Position numbers and translations under genes: made by a program
From: Planctomycetota bacterium
Lineage (GTDB): Bacteria; Planctomycetota; UBA8108
Direction of reading: 5' to 3'
DNA length: 29,603 bases
Assembly: GCA_003509045.1 (NCBI GenBank)
Contig: DODI01000617.1
Location: forward strand, 1-29,603
Shown here: piece after piece, positions 15,182-23,843 of the stretch
How positions within the stretch are numbered: the first letter of the stretch is position 1
Layout: each line of letters begins with the position of its first letter
Notes under the pieces: generated by a model
Seen by the model: only the letters and a program-made list of their open reading frames with translations
What the model was told of the DNA's origin: nothing
The model's database searches: none

Positions 15182-16732
15182 TCACTCGCAGTGGAGTCCG
15201 TAACGCACCAGTCGGCGGTAGAGGGTGGCCCTTCCGATCCCAAGGAGCCTGGCCGCCTGGGCTCGGTTGCCGTGTGTTTTTTCGAGCGCCTCGGCTATGG
15301 CTCCGCCGAGGACATCTTTTTCCATTTGATCGAGAGTGCCCGGTCCGGATCGCCCCGAGGAGCCGCGGCTCGAGACGATCTTTTTCGACAGGTGCTCGGG
15401 TTGGACCTCTCCCTCGACCGTCTCGACAAGCCGCCAGATCTCGTTTCCAAGTTCGCGGATGTTTCCGGGCCAGTCATAGGAGCTGAGGACCGAGAGAATT
15501 TCAGCGCTGAAGCGGAGGGCTTCACGGCGCCCCTTACGGCCGTGAATGCTGGCGAAGTGTTCGATCAGTGAGGGGATGTCTTCTCTTCTCTGCCGCAGAG
15601 ATGGCAGGCGAATGGAGGCGACGTTGAGCCGGTAGTAGAGATCCTCGCGAAAGGTCTGTTCTGTGACCATCTTCTCGAGGTCTCGATTGGTCGCAGAGAC
15701 CAGGCGGAAATCCACAGCTTGCGTCTGTAGAGCCCCAACCCGCCGAACAGTCTTTTCCTGCAGAACCCGCAGGAGTTTTTTCTGCAGGGAAGGCGCCATC
15801 TCGCTGACCTCGTCGAGAAAGAGTGTTCCGCGATGGGCTCGTTCAACCAGGCCGGGGCGGGCCATGGAGGCTCCGGTGAAGGCGCCCTTTTCGTGGCCAA
15901 AGATCTCTGCTTCGGCTAATTGCTCAGCGATGGCCCCGCAGTTCTCGCATACGAACGGCATCTTCTTTCGGCTGCCCAGGCGATGGATTGCGGCGGCTAC
16001 GAGCTCTTTTCCAGTTCCGCTTTCCCCCCGGATGAGAACGGGGATGTCAGAATCGGCGACCTGCAGGATGGAGCGAAGGACGGCCTCCAGCTCGGCGCTT
16101 TGACCGATGATCTCCGGGAAGAGCCGCCGGAGCTCGCCAGCCGGGGTCTCTTCGGATGGGCTGTGGCTTCGCTGCCGGGCAGGGTGGAATTTTCCGGGGC
16201 CATCGAGCAGGACGGAGATGGACAGCAGCACGGAGATCCTGTCCTGATGCTCCCGGGTCCAGCTGGCGGTCTGTACCCGGGGGGCAGTGAAATAGAGCTC
16301 CCCGGTCCCGGCCTCTCGGAGGTCTATGCAGGCAGCGATCGGCCAGCGTTGATTGCCGGTGTGGGGAAGACGGCCGCCCTGGCAGTCAGGTAGTGGCCTG
16401 ATCAGGGCTTCGGGGAGGGCCTTTCGGCCCCTGCCGCGAGCAACCCAGACCCTTGGGAGGCCGGGGGGGCTCAAAATGAGAAGGACCCCGTCGGCGCCGG
16501 CTGTCTCGACGAGGGCGTCGAGCACGTGCTCGGTAACCTGTTTGCCTGCTTGCTCGAATCCTTCCAGGAGTATATCCTCCCGAAGCGGGTTCGGTGGCGC
16601 AGTCGGAGGCTTTGAGAAGACGGAGCTTGCGGAGTGCAATGTCGATAGATCCTGATCTTGTGGCCTTGATTTCACGGATGCGGCCCCTCCGCCTGGCGGC
16701 GGTTTCGACGGCCGCGTTCGAGTCCGGTACAT
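15182..16732 (-). CDS. sigma-54-dependent transcriptional activator (GAF-like + AAA+ + Fis-type HTH); start uncertain
   Basis: Walker A GESGTGKE, GHEKGAFTGA, Walker B FLDEV, REDLYYRLNV, WPGNIREL and HTH GNRAQAARLLGIGRATLYRRL. The true start may be downstream, since only 46 nt separate it from the divergent gene. Confidence 0.9.
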   Translation of the reverse strand: MYRTRTRPSKPPPGGGAASVKSRPQDQDLSTLHSASSVFSKPPTAPPNPLREDILLEGFEQAGKQVTEHVLDALVETAGADGVLLILSPPGLPRVWVARGRGRKALPEALIRPLPDCQGGRLPHTGNQRWPIAACIDLREAGTGELYFTAPRVQTASWTREHQDRISVLLSISVLLDGPGKFHPARQRSHSPSEETPAGELRRLFPEIIGQSAELEAVLRSILQVADSDIPVLIRGESGTGKELVAAAIHRLGSRKKMPFVCENCGAIAEQLAEAEIFGHEKGAFTGASMARPGLVERAHRGTLFLDEVSEMAPSLQKKLLRVLQEKTVRRVGALQTQAVDFRLVSATNRDLEKMVTEQTFREDLYYRLNVASIRLPSLRQRREDIPSLIEHFASIHGRKGRREALRFSAEILSVLSSYDWPGNIRELGNEIWRLVETVEGEVQPEHLSKKIVSSRGSSGRSGPGTLDQMEKDVLGGAIAEALEKTHGNRAQAARLLGIGRATLYRRLVRYGLHCE

Positions 16733-16778
16733 TATCTGGGCTGTTTTCCAATAGTCAAATTATTTCCTGAGATATAGA

Positions 16779-17393
16779 ATGGCATTTGGTACTCACTGGG
16801 AATGGCGGGGGTTCGGGCTTCTCTCGGAAGCTCTCGATAAGGAGCTCAGGACGCTTCCGGCTCTGTTTCCGGATTCCCAGGTCGTGACGGATCGTTACCT
16901 CTGGTCTCCTGGCTGCGGGATCAATTTCAAGCTGCGCTTCGGTGACTTCAAGATCAAGCGCTGCCTCGAGGCGGTCGGCGGCGGAGTTTCAAGGTGGGTG
17001 GAGGATCCGGAAGAAAACTACAGCTTTCCCCTGGAAGCTGCGGTCTTTGACGAGGTTGCAGGGGCCCTGGGGGTTGGCTGTTCTCCGGCCGAGGCGCCGG
17101 TGGCTTCCGAGGAGGAACTCCTGGAGTTTCTCTGCGCCGCAGGCGCGGGTTTACGGGTGATCCCGGTAGCCAAGGAACGTTGGCAATATCGCGCTCCTCT
17201 GCACGGGGATGGGATTATTGAGCTGGCTGAGATTTCCGCGCCTGAAAAGATCATATCCGTGTCGGTAGAGCATGAGACCGAGGTCGGGGTTCGGGAAATC
17301 ATGGCCGGCCTCGGGCTTCCAGGGGGCCTGGAATCGGTAAGCTATCTGGAGGCGCTGGAAGTCTGGGGGCAGGAAGGTACCTTCCTCAGTTGA
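16779..17393 (+). CDS. CYTH-like (triphosphate tunnel metalloenzyme) protein
   Basis: The pattern HWEWRGFG...KLR...FKIK...KER...IELAEI...VSVEHE...SYLEAL parallels the CYTH motif order (ExExK becomes WEWR). Confidence 0.55.
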   Translation: MAFGTHWEWRGFGLLSEALDKELRTLPALFPDSQVVTDRYLWSPGCGINFKLRFGDFKIKRCLEAVGGGVSRWVEDPEENYSFPLEAAVFDEVAGALGVGCSPAEAPVASEEELLEFLCAAGAGLRVIPVAKERWQYRAPLHGDGIIELAEISAPEKIISVSVEHETEVGVREIMAGLGLPGGLESVSYLEALEVWGQEGTFLS

Positions 17394-17471
17394 AGAAGAA
17401 TAGATTGCTGGGCATACTGGGCGCTCGCTTGTCCCTTGGTCTGTCCAGCCGGTTTCTACGGGTAATATCTT

Positions 17472-19130
17472 ATGCGTGCGGATGTTGTTGAAAAGCTCCA
17501 GGCTCACTACGAGAAGGTCGCCGATCTTCAGATGCGTGATCTTTTTGAAGGCGATGAGGACAGGTTCACCGAGTTCTCCTGCAGCCTAGGCGACCTCCTT
17601 CTTGATTACTCCAAGAACAGGGTCACTCCCGAGACCATCTCGTTGCTGCTTGAACTGGCTGAAGAGTCCGGTGTTTATGAGAAACGGGCCGAGATGTTCA
17701 GCGGCCAGCGGATCAACTCAACCGAGGGTCGAGCGGTTTTGCACACGGCCCTTCGGAACAGGTCGGGACTGCCTGTTGAGGTCGAAGGGCAGCCTGGCGA
17801 TGTCATGGAGGGTGTCGACAGGGTGCTTGCGCAGATGGGGACGTTTTGCGATGCCGTTCACAGCGGCGAGCGAAAGGGATATACGGACGCTGAATTTACC
17901 GACATCGTCAGCATCGGAATCGGCGGCTCAGCCCTGGGGCCGCTGATGGTGACCGAGGCCTTGAAACCCTACGCTCGGGCGGGCCTGAGGATCCATTTTG
18001 TATCGAATGTAGATGCGACGGATGTCGTTGAGACCTTGAAGGAACTCGATGCCGAATCGACGCTCTTCGTGGTGGTCTCGAAGACCTTCACGACCGAGGA
18101 GACACTGGCCAACGCCCTGAGCGCCCGGGCCTGGTTTCTCGAGAGGGTCGGAGATGTGGAGGCTGTTGAGAAGCATTTTGTCGCGGTCTCGGTGAACGAA
18201 GATGCCGTGACGGAGTTTGGTATCGATGCCGGCAATATGTTCGAGTTCTGGGATTGGGTTGGAGGCCGCTATTCGATCTGGGGCGCGGTAGGGCTGCCGA
18301 TCGCTCTGTACGTTGGCATGGACAATTTCGAGTCCCTGCTGGCGGGAGCACACGACATGGATCTTCACTTCCAGCAGGCTGAGCCGGGGGAGAATATTCC
18401 GCTCCTGCTGGGGCTCCTCGGGGTCTGGTACAACAACTTCTTCGGGATGGAGACCCACGCGGTTCTTCCATATGACCAGTACCTGCGGTTTCTGCCCGAC
18501 TACCTGCAGCAGCTTGACATGGAGAGCTGTGGCAAGTCGGTGACCGTCGCGGGTGAACCGGTCGATGGGGCTACCGGGATGATCATCTGGGGCGGCCCCG
18601 GAACCGATGGGCAGCATGCCTATTTTCAGCTTCTTCACCAGGGAACCCGGGTCGTTCCAGCCGACTTCATCGCCGCGGCCGAGAGCCAGAATCCCCTTGG
18701 CGAGCACCATCTGAAGCTGTTGGCCAATTTCTTCGCCCAGACGGAGGCTCTGATGCTCGGCAAGACGCGGGATGAGGCGCGCAAGGAGCTTCTGGTTGAG
18801 GTGGAGCGCGGCCGGCTGGCTTCTGAGGATGTCGACGACCTTGTCGGGCATAAGGAGTTTCCCGGGAACAGGCCGAGCAATTCAATCTTTGTCCGGCGTC
18901 TTGACCCCCGCACGCTGGGCGCCTTGCTGGCAATGTATGAGCACAAGGTCTTTGTCCAGGGCTGTATATGGGGAATCAATCCCTATGACCAGTGGGGGGT
19001 CGAATTGGGGAAGAGTCTTGCTTCCAGGGTGCTCGAGGAGCTCCGGGACGAGTCGACCGTCAGTTCCCATGACAGCTCAACCAATGGCCTGGTAAACCAC
19101 TACAAGAAGCTCCGCCGTGAGCTCGACTGA
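17472..19130 (+). CDS. pgi: Glucose-6-phosphate isomerase
   Basis: LLLDYSKN, INSTEGRAVLH, IGIGGSALG, SKTFTT, FWDWVGGRYS, QQLDMESCGK, GTDGQHAYFQL and DQWGVELGK. Confidence 0.99.
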   Translation: MRADVVEKLQAHYEKVADLQMRDLFEGDEDRFTEFSCSLGDLLLDYSKNRVTPETISLLLELAEESGVYEKRAEMFSGQRINSTEGRAVLHTALRNRSGLPVEVEGQPGDVMEGVDRVLAQMGTFCDAVHSGERKGYTDAEFTDIVSIGIGGSALGPLMVTEALKPYARAGLRIHFVSNVDATDVVETLKELDAESTLFVVVSKTFTTEETLANALSARAWFLERVGDVEAVEKHFVAVSVNEDAVTEFGIDAGNMFEFWDWVGGRYSIWGAVGLPIALYVGMDNFESLLAGAHDMDLHFQQAEPGENIPLLLGLLGVWYNNFFGMETHAVLPYDQYLRFLPDYLQQLDMESCGKSVTVAGEPVDGATGMIIWGGPGTDGQHAYFQLLHQGTRVVPADFIAAAESQNPLGEHHLKLLANFFAQTEALMLGKTRDEARKELLVEVERGRLASEDVDDLVGHKEFPGNRPSNSIFVRRLDPRTLGALLAMYEHKVFVQGCIWGINPYDQWGVELGKSLASRVLEELRDESTVSSHDSSTNGLVNHYKKLRRELD

Positions 19131-19322
19131 GCCGCCTGGCACCGATCTGTCTGGGATTAAAGTACTTAGGGGGCGCCCCAGGTCCCTCTTTGCAACTGCA
19201 GGTGGAATCTCTACTTGGTGTCCGGTCGATTAATGTGAGAAACTATTGATGGGTTGGGGGGTTTAAGAAAACAGCTCCAGCAATGCAGTTCGGAGCCGAT
19301 TTTTATCGAAGGTTGATTACCT

Positions 19323-21182
19323 ATGCGGAAACCGGGAGCGATCTTTAATTTTCTGTGCGCCGTGCTCGCAGTCTTTGCGACTCTTGGGTTCACCAGCCGT
19401 CTTTTTGGCGAGGACTACAGTCCCCGCAGCGTTGCGGACGGGGTCGATCAAATCATCTCGGAGGCTTTAAAGGCTGAAAAGGTCGAGACGACAGCCCTTG
19501 TTTCTGATGAAGAGTTTCTTCGCCGGGTCAGTCTCGATCTTACCGGCAAGGTTCCCTCTCCCGATGAGTTGACACTCTTTACGCTCGATCCTGATCCCTC
19601 GAAGCGCTCATCGAGGACGTCCTCCCTGCTTGCCAGTGAAGACTATCCTGAAACCTGGGGGCGCTACTGGCGGGATGTCATCGCCTACAGGTCCCAGGAC
19701 CAGCGCTTCGGTATTGTTCGCGAGCAGCTGCGCAGGTGGGTCCGGGACCAGCTCAAAGAGGACCGCGGCTGGGATGAGATTGCGGTCGATCTCCTGACTG
19801 CCAAAGGCGACATCAATACCAATGGCCAGACGGGCCTGGTGCTGGCCCAGATGGGTGAGGCCAACGAGTTGGCTGCTGAGACCTCAAGAATCTTTCTGGG
19901 TATCCAGTTGCAATGCGCGCAGTGCCATGACCATCCCTATGACCGCTGGAAGCGAGAAGAGTTTCACCAGCTTGCCGCCTTCTTCCCTCGCCTGCGGATT
20001 CGGCGCAAGGAAGGTACCGAAGCTAATCAACGCCAGTTCGAGATTGTTTCCACGGACAGCTCTGCCAGGAGCTTCCAGCGCCAGCAGGCCACCCAGGGAA
20101 GCTTTGCAAAACGTTACGGAGACCCGTCTACATGGGTTGAGCGCTACGATCGGAACTCTGATGGAACCGTCTCCTCGCGCGAGGTCCCCAGGGCTCTCTC
20201 AGGTCTCTTCGGGCGCGTTCTGCGGGCAGGGGACAAGGACAAGGACAGGCACCTGAGCGCGGGGGAAATCAAGGCGGTCGCCAGCATGGCGATGTCGGCC
20301 CCCCGAACCCGGGGTAGTGGTGAGCACTATATGCCGGATCTTGAAAATCCCCAGAGCCGCGGGACCCTGGTTCACCCGGAGTTCTTTGTTACCCGTAAAA
20401 GCCCCGGCGAGCGCATCGATGATGCCGACCGTCGTCAGGCCCTGGGTGGATTCCTCACCGGTAAGGATAACCCCTGGTTTGCTCGTGCCCTGGTCAACCG
20501 GGTCTGGAAAGAGCTGATGGGCAAGGGGTTCGTTGAGCCAGTCGATGACATGGGTCCCGACCGAGCCCCTGATTATCCCGAGGCGCTCGACCTGCTTGCA
20601 GAGGGCTGCCGCGAGAACGGATACAGCCTCAAGTGGCTGCTTTCAGCCATCACGTTGACAGAGACTTACCAGAGAAAGATCCGTGAGCCTTCTCCTTCGC
20701 CCGAGGCCCCCTCTTTTGCCGCGGTAACCTGCTCGAGGATGTCAGCAGGCAAGCTCTACAGGGCCATCGTCCGGGTCCTGGAATTGCGTCCGGACAGGTT
20801 TTCCGGTTCGTCCTCGCGCGGGCGCGGGTCGAGAAATTCTCTCGAGAGCAACTTCGAGAGAATTTTCGGTTTCGATCCCTCCACTCCTACGGAGGATGTG
20901 GCCGGGACGATTCCACAGGCTCTCTTCCTGATGAACTCTCCCATCATTACCCAGGCGATCCGTTCGAGTGGTGACACCATGCTGGGCCGCCTGCTCGGCT
21001 CCTATAAAGATGACCGGCTGGTCTTTGATGAATTGTACCTGAAGGTGCACAGCCGGCGTCCAAGCTCGAGGGAGTGGGAGATTTTCAGCAAGTACCGCAA
21101 GTCAGTTCCGGGTCGGGGGGAGGCGTTCGAAGACCTCCTCTGGAGCCTTGTGAACTCGACGGAATTCATCAGCGAGAGGTGA
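19323..21182 (+). CDS. DUF1549/DUF1553 (planctomycete PSD1-type) protein with an inserted EF-hand pair
   Basis: Signal peptide. DUF1549 motifs EEFLRRVSLDLTGKVP and FLGIQLQCAQCHDHPYDRW. DUF1553 motifs NPWFARALVNRVWKELMGKGFVEPVDD and IPQALFLMNS...AFEDLLWSLVNSTEF. EF loops at 20148-20183 and 20232-20267. Confidence 0.9.
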   Translation: MRKPGAIFNFLCAVLAVFATLGFTSRLFGEDYSPRSVADGVDQIISEALKAEKVETTALVSDEEFLRRVSLDLTGKVPSPDELTLFTLDPDPSKRSSRTSSLLASEDYPETWGRYWRDVIAYRSQDQRFGIVREQLRRWVRDQLKEDRGWDEIAVDLLTAKGDINTNGQTGLVLAQMGEANELAAETSRIFLGIQLQCAQCHDHPYDRWKREEFHQLAAFFPRLRIRRKEGTEANQRQFEIVSTDSSARSFQRQQATQGSFAKRYGDPSTWVERYDRNSDGTVSSREVPRALSGLFGRVLRAGDKDKDRHLSAGEIKAVASMAMSAPRTRGSGEHYMPDLENPQSRGTLVHPEFFVTRKSPGERIDDADRRQALGGFLTGKDNPWFARALVNRVWKELMGKGFVEPVDDMGPDRAPDYPEALDLLAEGCRENGYSLKWLLSAITLTETYQRKIREPSPSPEAPSFAAVTCSRMSAGKLYRAIVRVLELRPDRFSGSSSRGRGSRNSLESNFERIFGFDPSTPTEDVAGTIPQALFLMNSPIITQAIRSSGDTMLGRLLGSYKDDRLVFDELYLKVHSRRPSSREWEIFSKYRKSVPGRGEAFEDLLWSLVNSTEFISER

Positions 21183-21186
21183 TTCG

Positions 21187-22500
21187 ATGGAAATGAACCC
21201 AGGACACGAGCAACACGAACAGGGCAGCGTATTTGCTGGGTTGAGTCGCCGAGGGTTCCTGGGCAGCGTGGGTGCCGCGGGTGTCGGTGCCGCCGCAGCC
21301 GGTTCTCTCGGGTTGCGTGACCTCGTTGCCTTGCGGGCTGAAGACCTTCAGAAAAAAGGCATGTCAGTCATTGTCCTGTGGATGCAGGGTGGTCCCAGCC
21401 AGTTCGAAACTTTTGACCCCAAGCCCGGCCATGACAATGGTGGTCCCACCGAGGCGATCAAGACAGCCGTGCGGGGTATCCGGATCGCGGAGCACTGGCC
21501 GCTGGTGGCTGAGCAGATGAAGGACATTGCCCTGGTCCGTTCAATGACGAACCGCGAGGGGAACCATCAGCGGGCCACCTACCAGCTGCACACGGGCTAT
21601 GCCCCAACCGGCAGCGTAAAGCACCCCTCTCTTGGTTCGCTGATTTCAAAGGAAGTTGGCGATGCAAGCCACGACCTGCCCCAGTTTGTCGCCATCGGAA
21701 GCTCCCGGGGGCTCAGCGGTATTAGTGGGGGGTTCCTTGGGGTGGGCTACGATCCGTTCTCTGTCTCATCTCCGGACCGTCCCCCGGAAAATACAACGGT
21801 CTCTGCGGGGAACGCGCGCCTGGGCAGGGCTATCGGGTTGCTGAACAACCTCGAAGGAGAATTTGCCGGCTCGGGGGCGGCAGACAGGGTGAAGGAGCAT
21901 CGCGCTCTGTACGCCAAGGCGCGAAAGCTTGCCACCAGTAAACAGCTCGAGGCCTTTAATGTCTCCGCTGAGTCAGAAAAAACCCGTGAGCTCTACGGCG
22001 ATGGATCTTTCGGCAAGGGCTGCCTGCTGGCTCGCCGCCTTGTAGAGGCCGGTGTTACCTACATCGAGGTGCGTTCGAACGGCTGGGATACTCACAATGA
22101 CAATTTTGAACGAATCAGCACCCTTGCCGGTGGTGTCGACCGCGGCTACGCGGCCCTGATTGCCGATCTGCGCGACAGGGGAATGCTCGACCGGACCCTG
22201 GTGCTCTGGATGGGGGAGTTTGGGCGAACTCCCCGCATCAACGGAAGGACTGGAAGGGATCACTACCCCCGGGTCTTCAACCTCGCAATCTCCGGCGGCG
22301 GCGTGAAGGGCGGGCAGGTAATTGGTTCGAGTACCGACGATGGCTCAAGTGTAAAGGACCGGCCCGTGAAGGTTGAAGATCTCTTCTCTTCAGTCTGCTA
22401 CGCCCTGGATGTCGACACTGACAAGGAGCACAACAGCCCGTTGGGGCGCCCGCTCAAGATTGTCGACGGAGGCGAGACCGTAATGGAATTATTCAGTTGA
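21187..22500 (+). CDS. DUF1501 protein with Tat signal
   Basis: SRRGFL twin-arginine motif, LWMQGGPSQFETFDPKP, GWDTHND, GEFGRTP and GRDHYP. Confidence 0.92.
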   Translation: MEMNPGHEQHEQGSVFAGLSRRGFLGSVGAAGVGAAAAGSLGLRDLVALRAEDLQKKGMSVIVLWMQGGPSQFETFDPKPGHDNGGPTEAIKTAVRGIRIAEHWPLVAEQMKDIALVRSMTNREGNHQRATYQLHTGYAPTGSVKHPSLGSLISKEVGDASHDLPQFVAIGSSRGLSGISGGFLGVGYDPFSVSSPDRPPENTTVSAGNARLGRAIGLLNNLEGEFAGSGAADRVKEHRALYAKARKLATSKQLEAFNVSAESEKTRELYGDGSFGKGCLLARRLVEAGVTYIEVRSNGWDTHNDNFERISTLAGGVDRGYAALIADLRDRGMLDRTLVLWMGEFGRTPRINGRTGRDHYPRVFNLAISGGGVKGGQVIGSSTDDGSSVKDRPVKVEDLFSSVCYALDVDTDKEHNSPLGRPLKIVDGGETVMELFS

Positions 22501-22562
22501 ATCTCGGGGGGTTCCTCGTGCTCTCGGCCTGGGACCCGCGACCAACCAGGAAGGTGAATAAG

Positions 22563-23657
22563 ATGACCATGAGAATCATGCTCGCGGCGCTCGTAGTCGC
22601 TGGACTCTCCGCCGCTAGACTCCAGGCGGAGGATGGCAAGTCCGACCCGGCCGGTGTATTCAAGCGGCTCGATACGAATGGAGACGGCAAGCTCACGGCT
22701 GAGGAGGTGCCCGCGGACAAGCGGGAGTTTTTTGACCGGACCTTGAGGAGTGGAGATGCAGACGGTGATGGCGCCTTGAACGCCGCTGAGTTCGCTAAGG
22801 CCTTCTCATCCGGCAGGGACTCGGAGCGTGAACGAGATTCGCGCAGCGGAAGGCGTCCGGGATCATCCTCTGGCGGCCGCCCCGCCCCATACGCGGCGGA
22901 TCTCATCAGGCGACTCGATAAGGATGGCGATGGCAAGATCTCCAGTGAAGAGCTGCCGCAGACCTACAGGGCGCGCCTGGGTGGAAGATTCGAGGAGTTC
23001 GACAAAAACAAGGATGGAGCTCTCAACCAGGAGGAGGTCGCCGCGATGCTCACGGCATCCAATAGCTCACGCAGGTCCTCCGGGACCCCGTCACGGGAGA
23101 CCGACAGGCCGAGGCCTTCCAGTCGCGATGCCGCCCAGCCTTCGCAGGATGCGCTCTTCGCCATCCTCGACCGGGACCGGGATGGCAAGCTGAGCAGGCG
23201 GGAGCTGGAGGCCGCGGGTTCGATCCTCGCCCGGCTTGACAGGGACAAGGACGGCTCCGTTTCGAAGCGGGAAATCGCCGCGGCCGCCAGTGACAGAGCT
23301 CCCTCGAGCAGGTCTTCACGCGAGCGCTCCAGCCGTGAGCGGGACTCCAGGGGCGGTATCTCCAGCTATGCCCGCCGTCTCGACAAAAATGAAGATGGGA
23401 AGCTCACGAAGGATGAAGCCAGCGGGCCGATCAAGGAACGGTTCGACCGTCTCGATGAAGACGGCGACGGCATCCTCAAGATCGAGGATATCGAGAAGGC
23501 CTTCAGGCGGCCGAGGAGCCGCTCCCCGAAGGACAGCAAGGACTCCGATTCCCGCGAGAGTGACCGCAGGAAACGCTCCCCGAAGGATCGTAAAGATTCC
23601 GATTCCCCCGAGGATGGCGGCAAGGCCCGCCGGTCCTCCGGGCAAAGGGAGTCCTGA
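22563..23657 (+). CDS. Secreted protein with eight EF-hand loops and Arg/Ser-rich linkers
   Basis: ATG 22563 with AGGAAGG upstream and signal MTMRIMLAALVVAGLSAARLQA. Loops DTNGDGKLTAEE, DADGDGALNAAE, DKDGDGKISSEE, DKNKDGALNQEE, DRDRDGKLSRRE, DRDKDGSVSKRE, DKNEDGKLTKDE and DEDGDGILKIED. Confidence 0.9.
   Translation: MTMRIMLAALVVAGLSAARLQAEDGKSDPAGVFKRLDTNGDGKLTAEEVPADKREFFDRTLRSGDADGDGALNAAEFAKAFSSGRDSERERDSRSGRRPGSSSGGRPAPYAADLIRRLDKDGDGKISSEELPQTYRARLGGRFEEFDKNKDGALNQEEVAAMLTASNSSRRSSGTPSRETDRPRPSSRDAAQPSQDALFAILDRDRDGKLSRRELEAAGSILARLDRDKDGSVSKREIAAAASDRAPSSRSSRERSSRERDSRGGISSYARRLDKNEDGKLTKDEASGPIKERFDRLDEDGDGILKIEDIEKAFRRPRSRSPKDSKDSDSRESDRRKRSPKDRKDSDSPEDGGKARRSSGQRES
23520..23607 (+). 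repeat. Intragenic direct repeat, 54-nt period (RSPKDSKDSDS / RSPKDRKDSDS)
   Basis: CGCTCCCCGAAGGACAGCAAGGACTCCGATTCCC (23520-53) versus CGCTCCCCGAAGGATCGTAAAGATTCCGATTCCC (23574-607). Confidence 0.8.
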
Positions 23658-23675
23658 GTCTTCTGCCCGCGGCTG

Positions 23676-23717
23676 AAAAATCCGGCCGGCATCCGGTGGG
23701 ATGCCGGCCGGATTTTT
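23676..23717. terminator. Bidirectional Rho-independent terminator closing the DUF1549/1553-DUF1501-EF-hand operon
   Basis: Perfect 19-bp inverted repeat AAAAATCCGGCCGGCATCC-GGTG-GGATGCCGGCCGGATTTTT. Confidence 0.88.
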
Positions 23718-23843
23718 ATATGCAGATGGGCGCCGCCCAGGCTGCTCTTTGGCTGAATCCTTGGTAAAATCAAGGCAACCCAGTGCGGGTGCGGCTTCCG
23801 CGCACGCCTTACTTTTTACAGGCAACTTCAGAGAGTCACCTAA

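Noticed and set aside
16716-16725. GTTCGAGTCC, a tRNA T-loop-like sequence
   Set aside because: The flanks do not form a T-stem or acceptor stem, and no D-arm or anticodon arm is present.
19137-19151. TGGCAC-CGATC-TGTC, a sigma-54 promoter look-alike upstream of the DUF1549 operon
   Set aside because: The invariant -12 GC is missing (TC instead).
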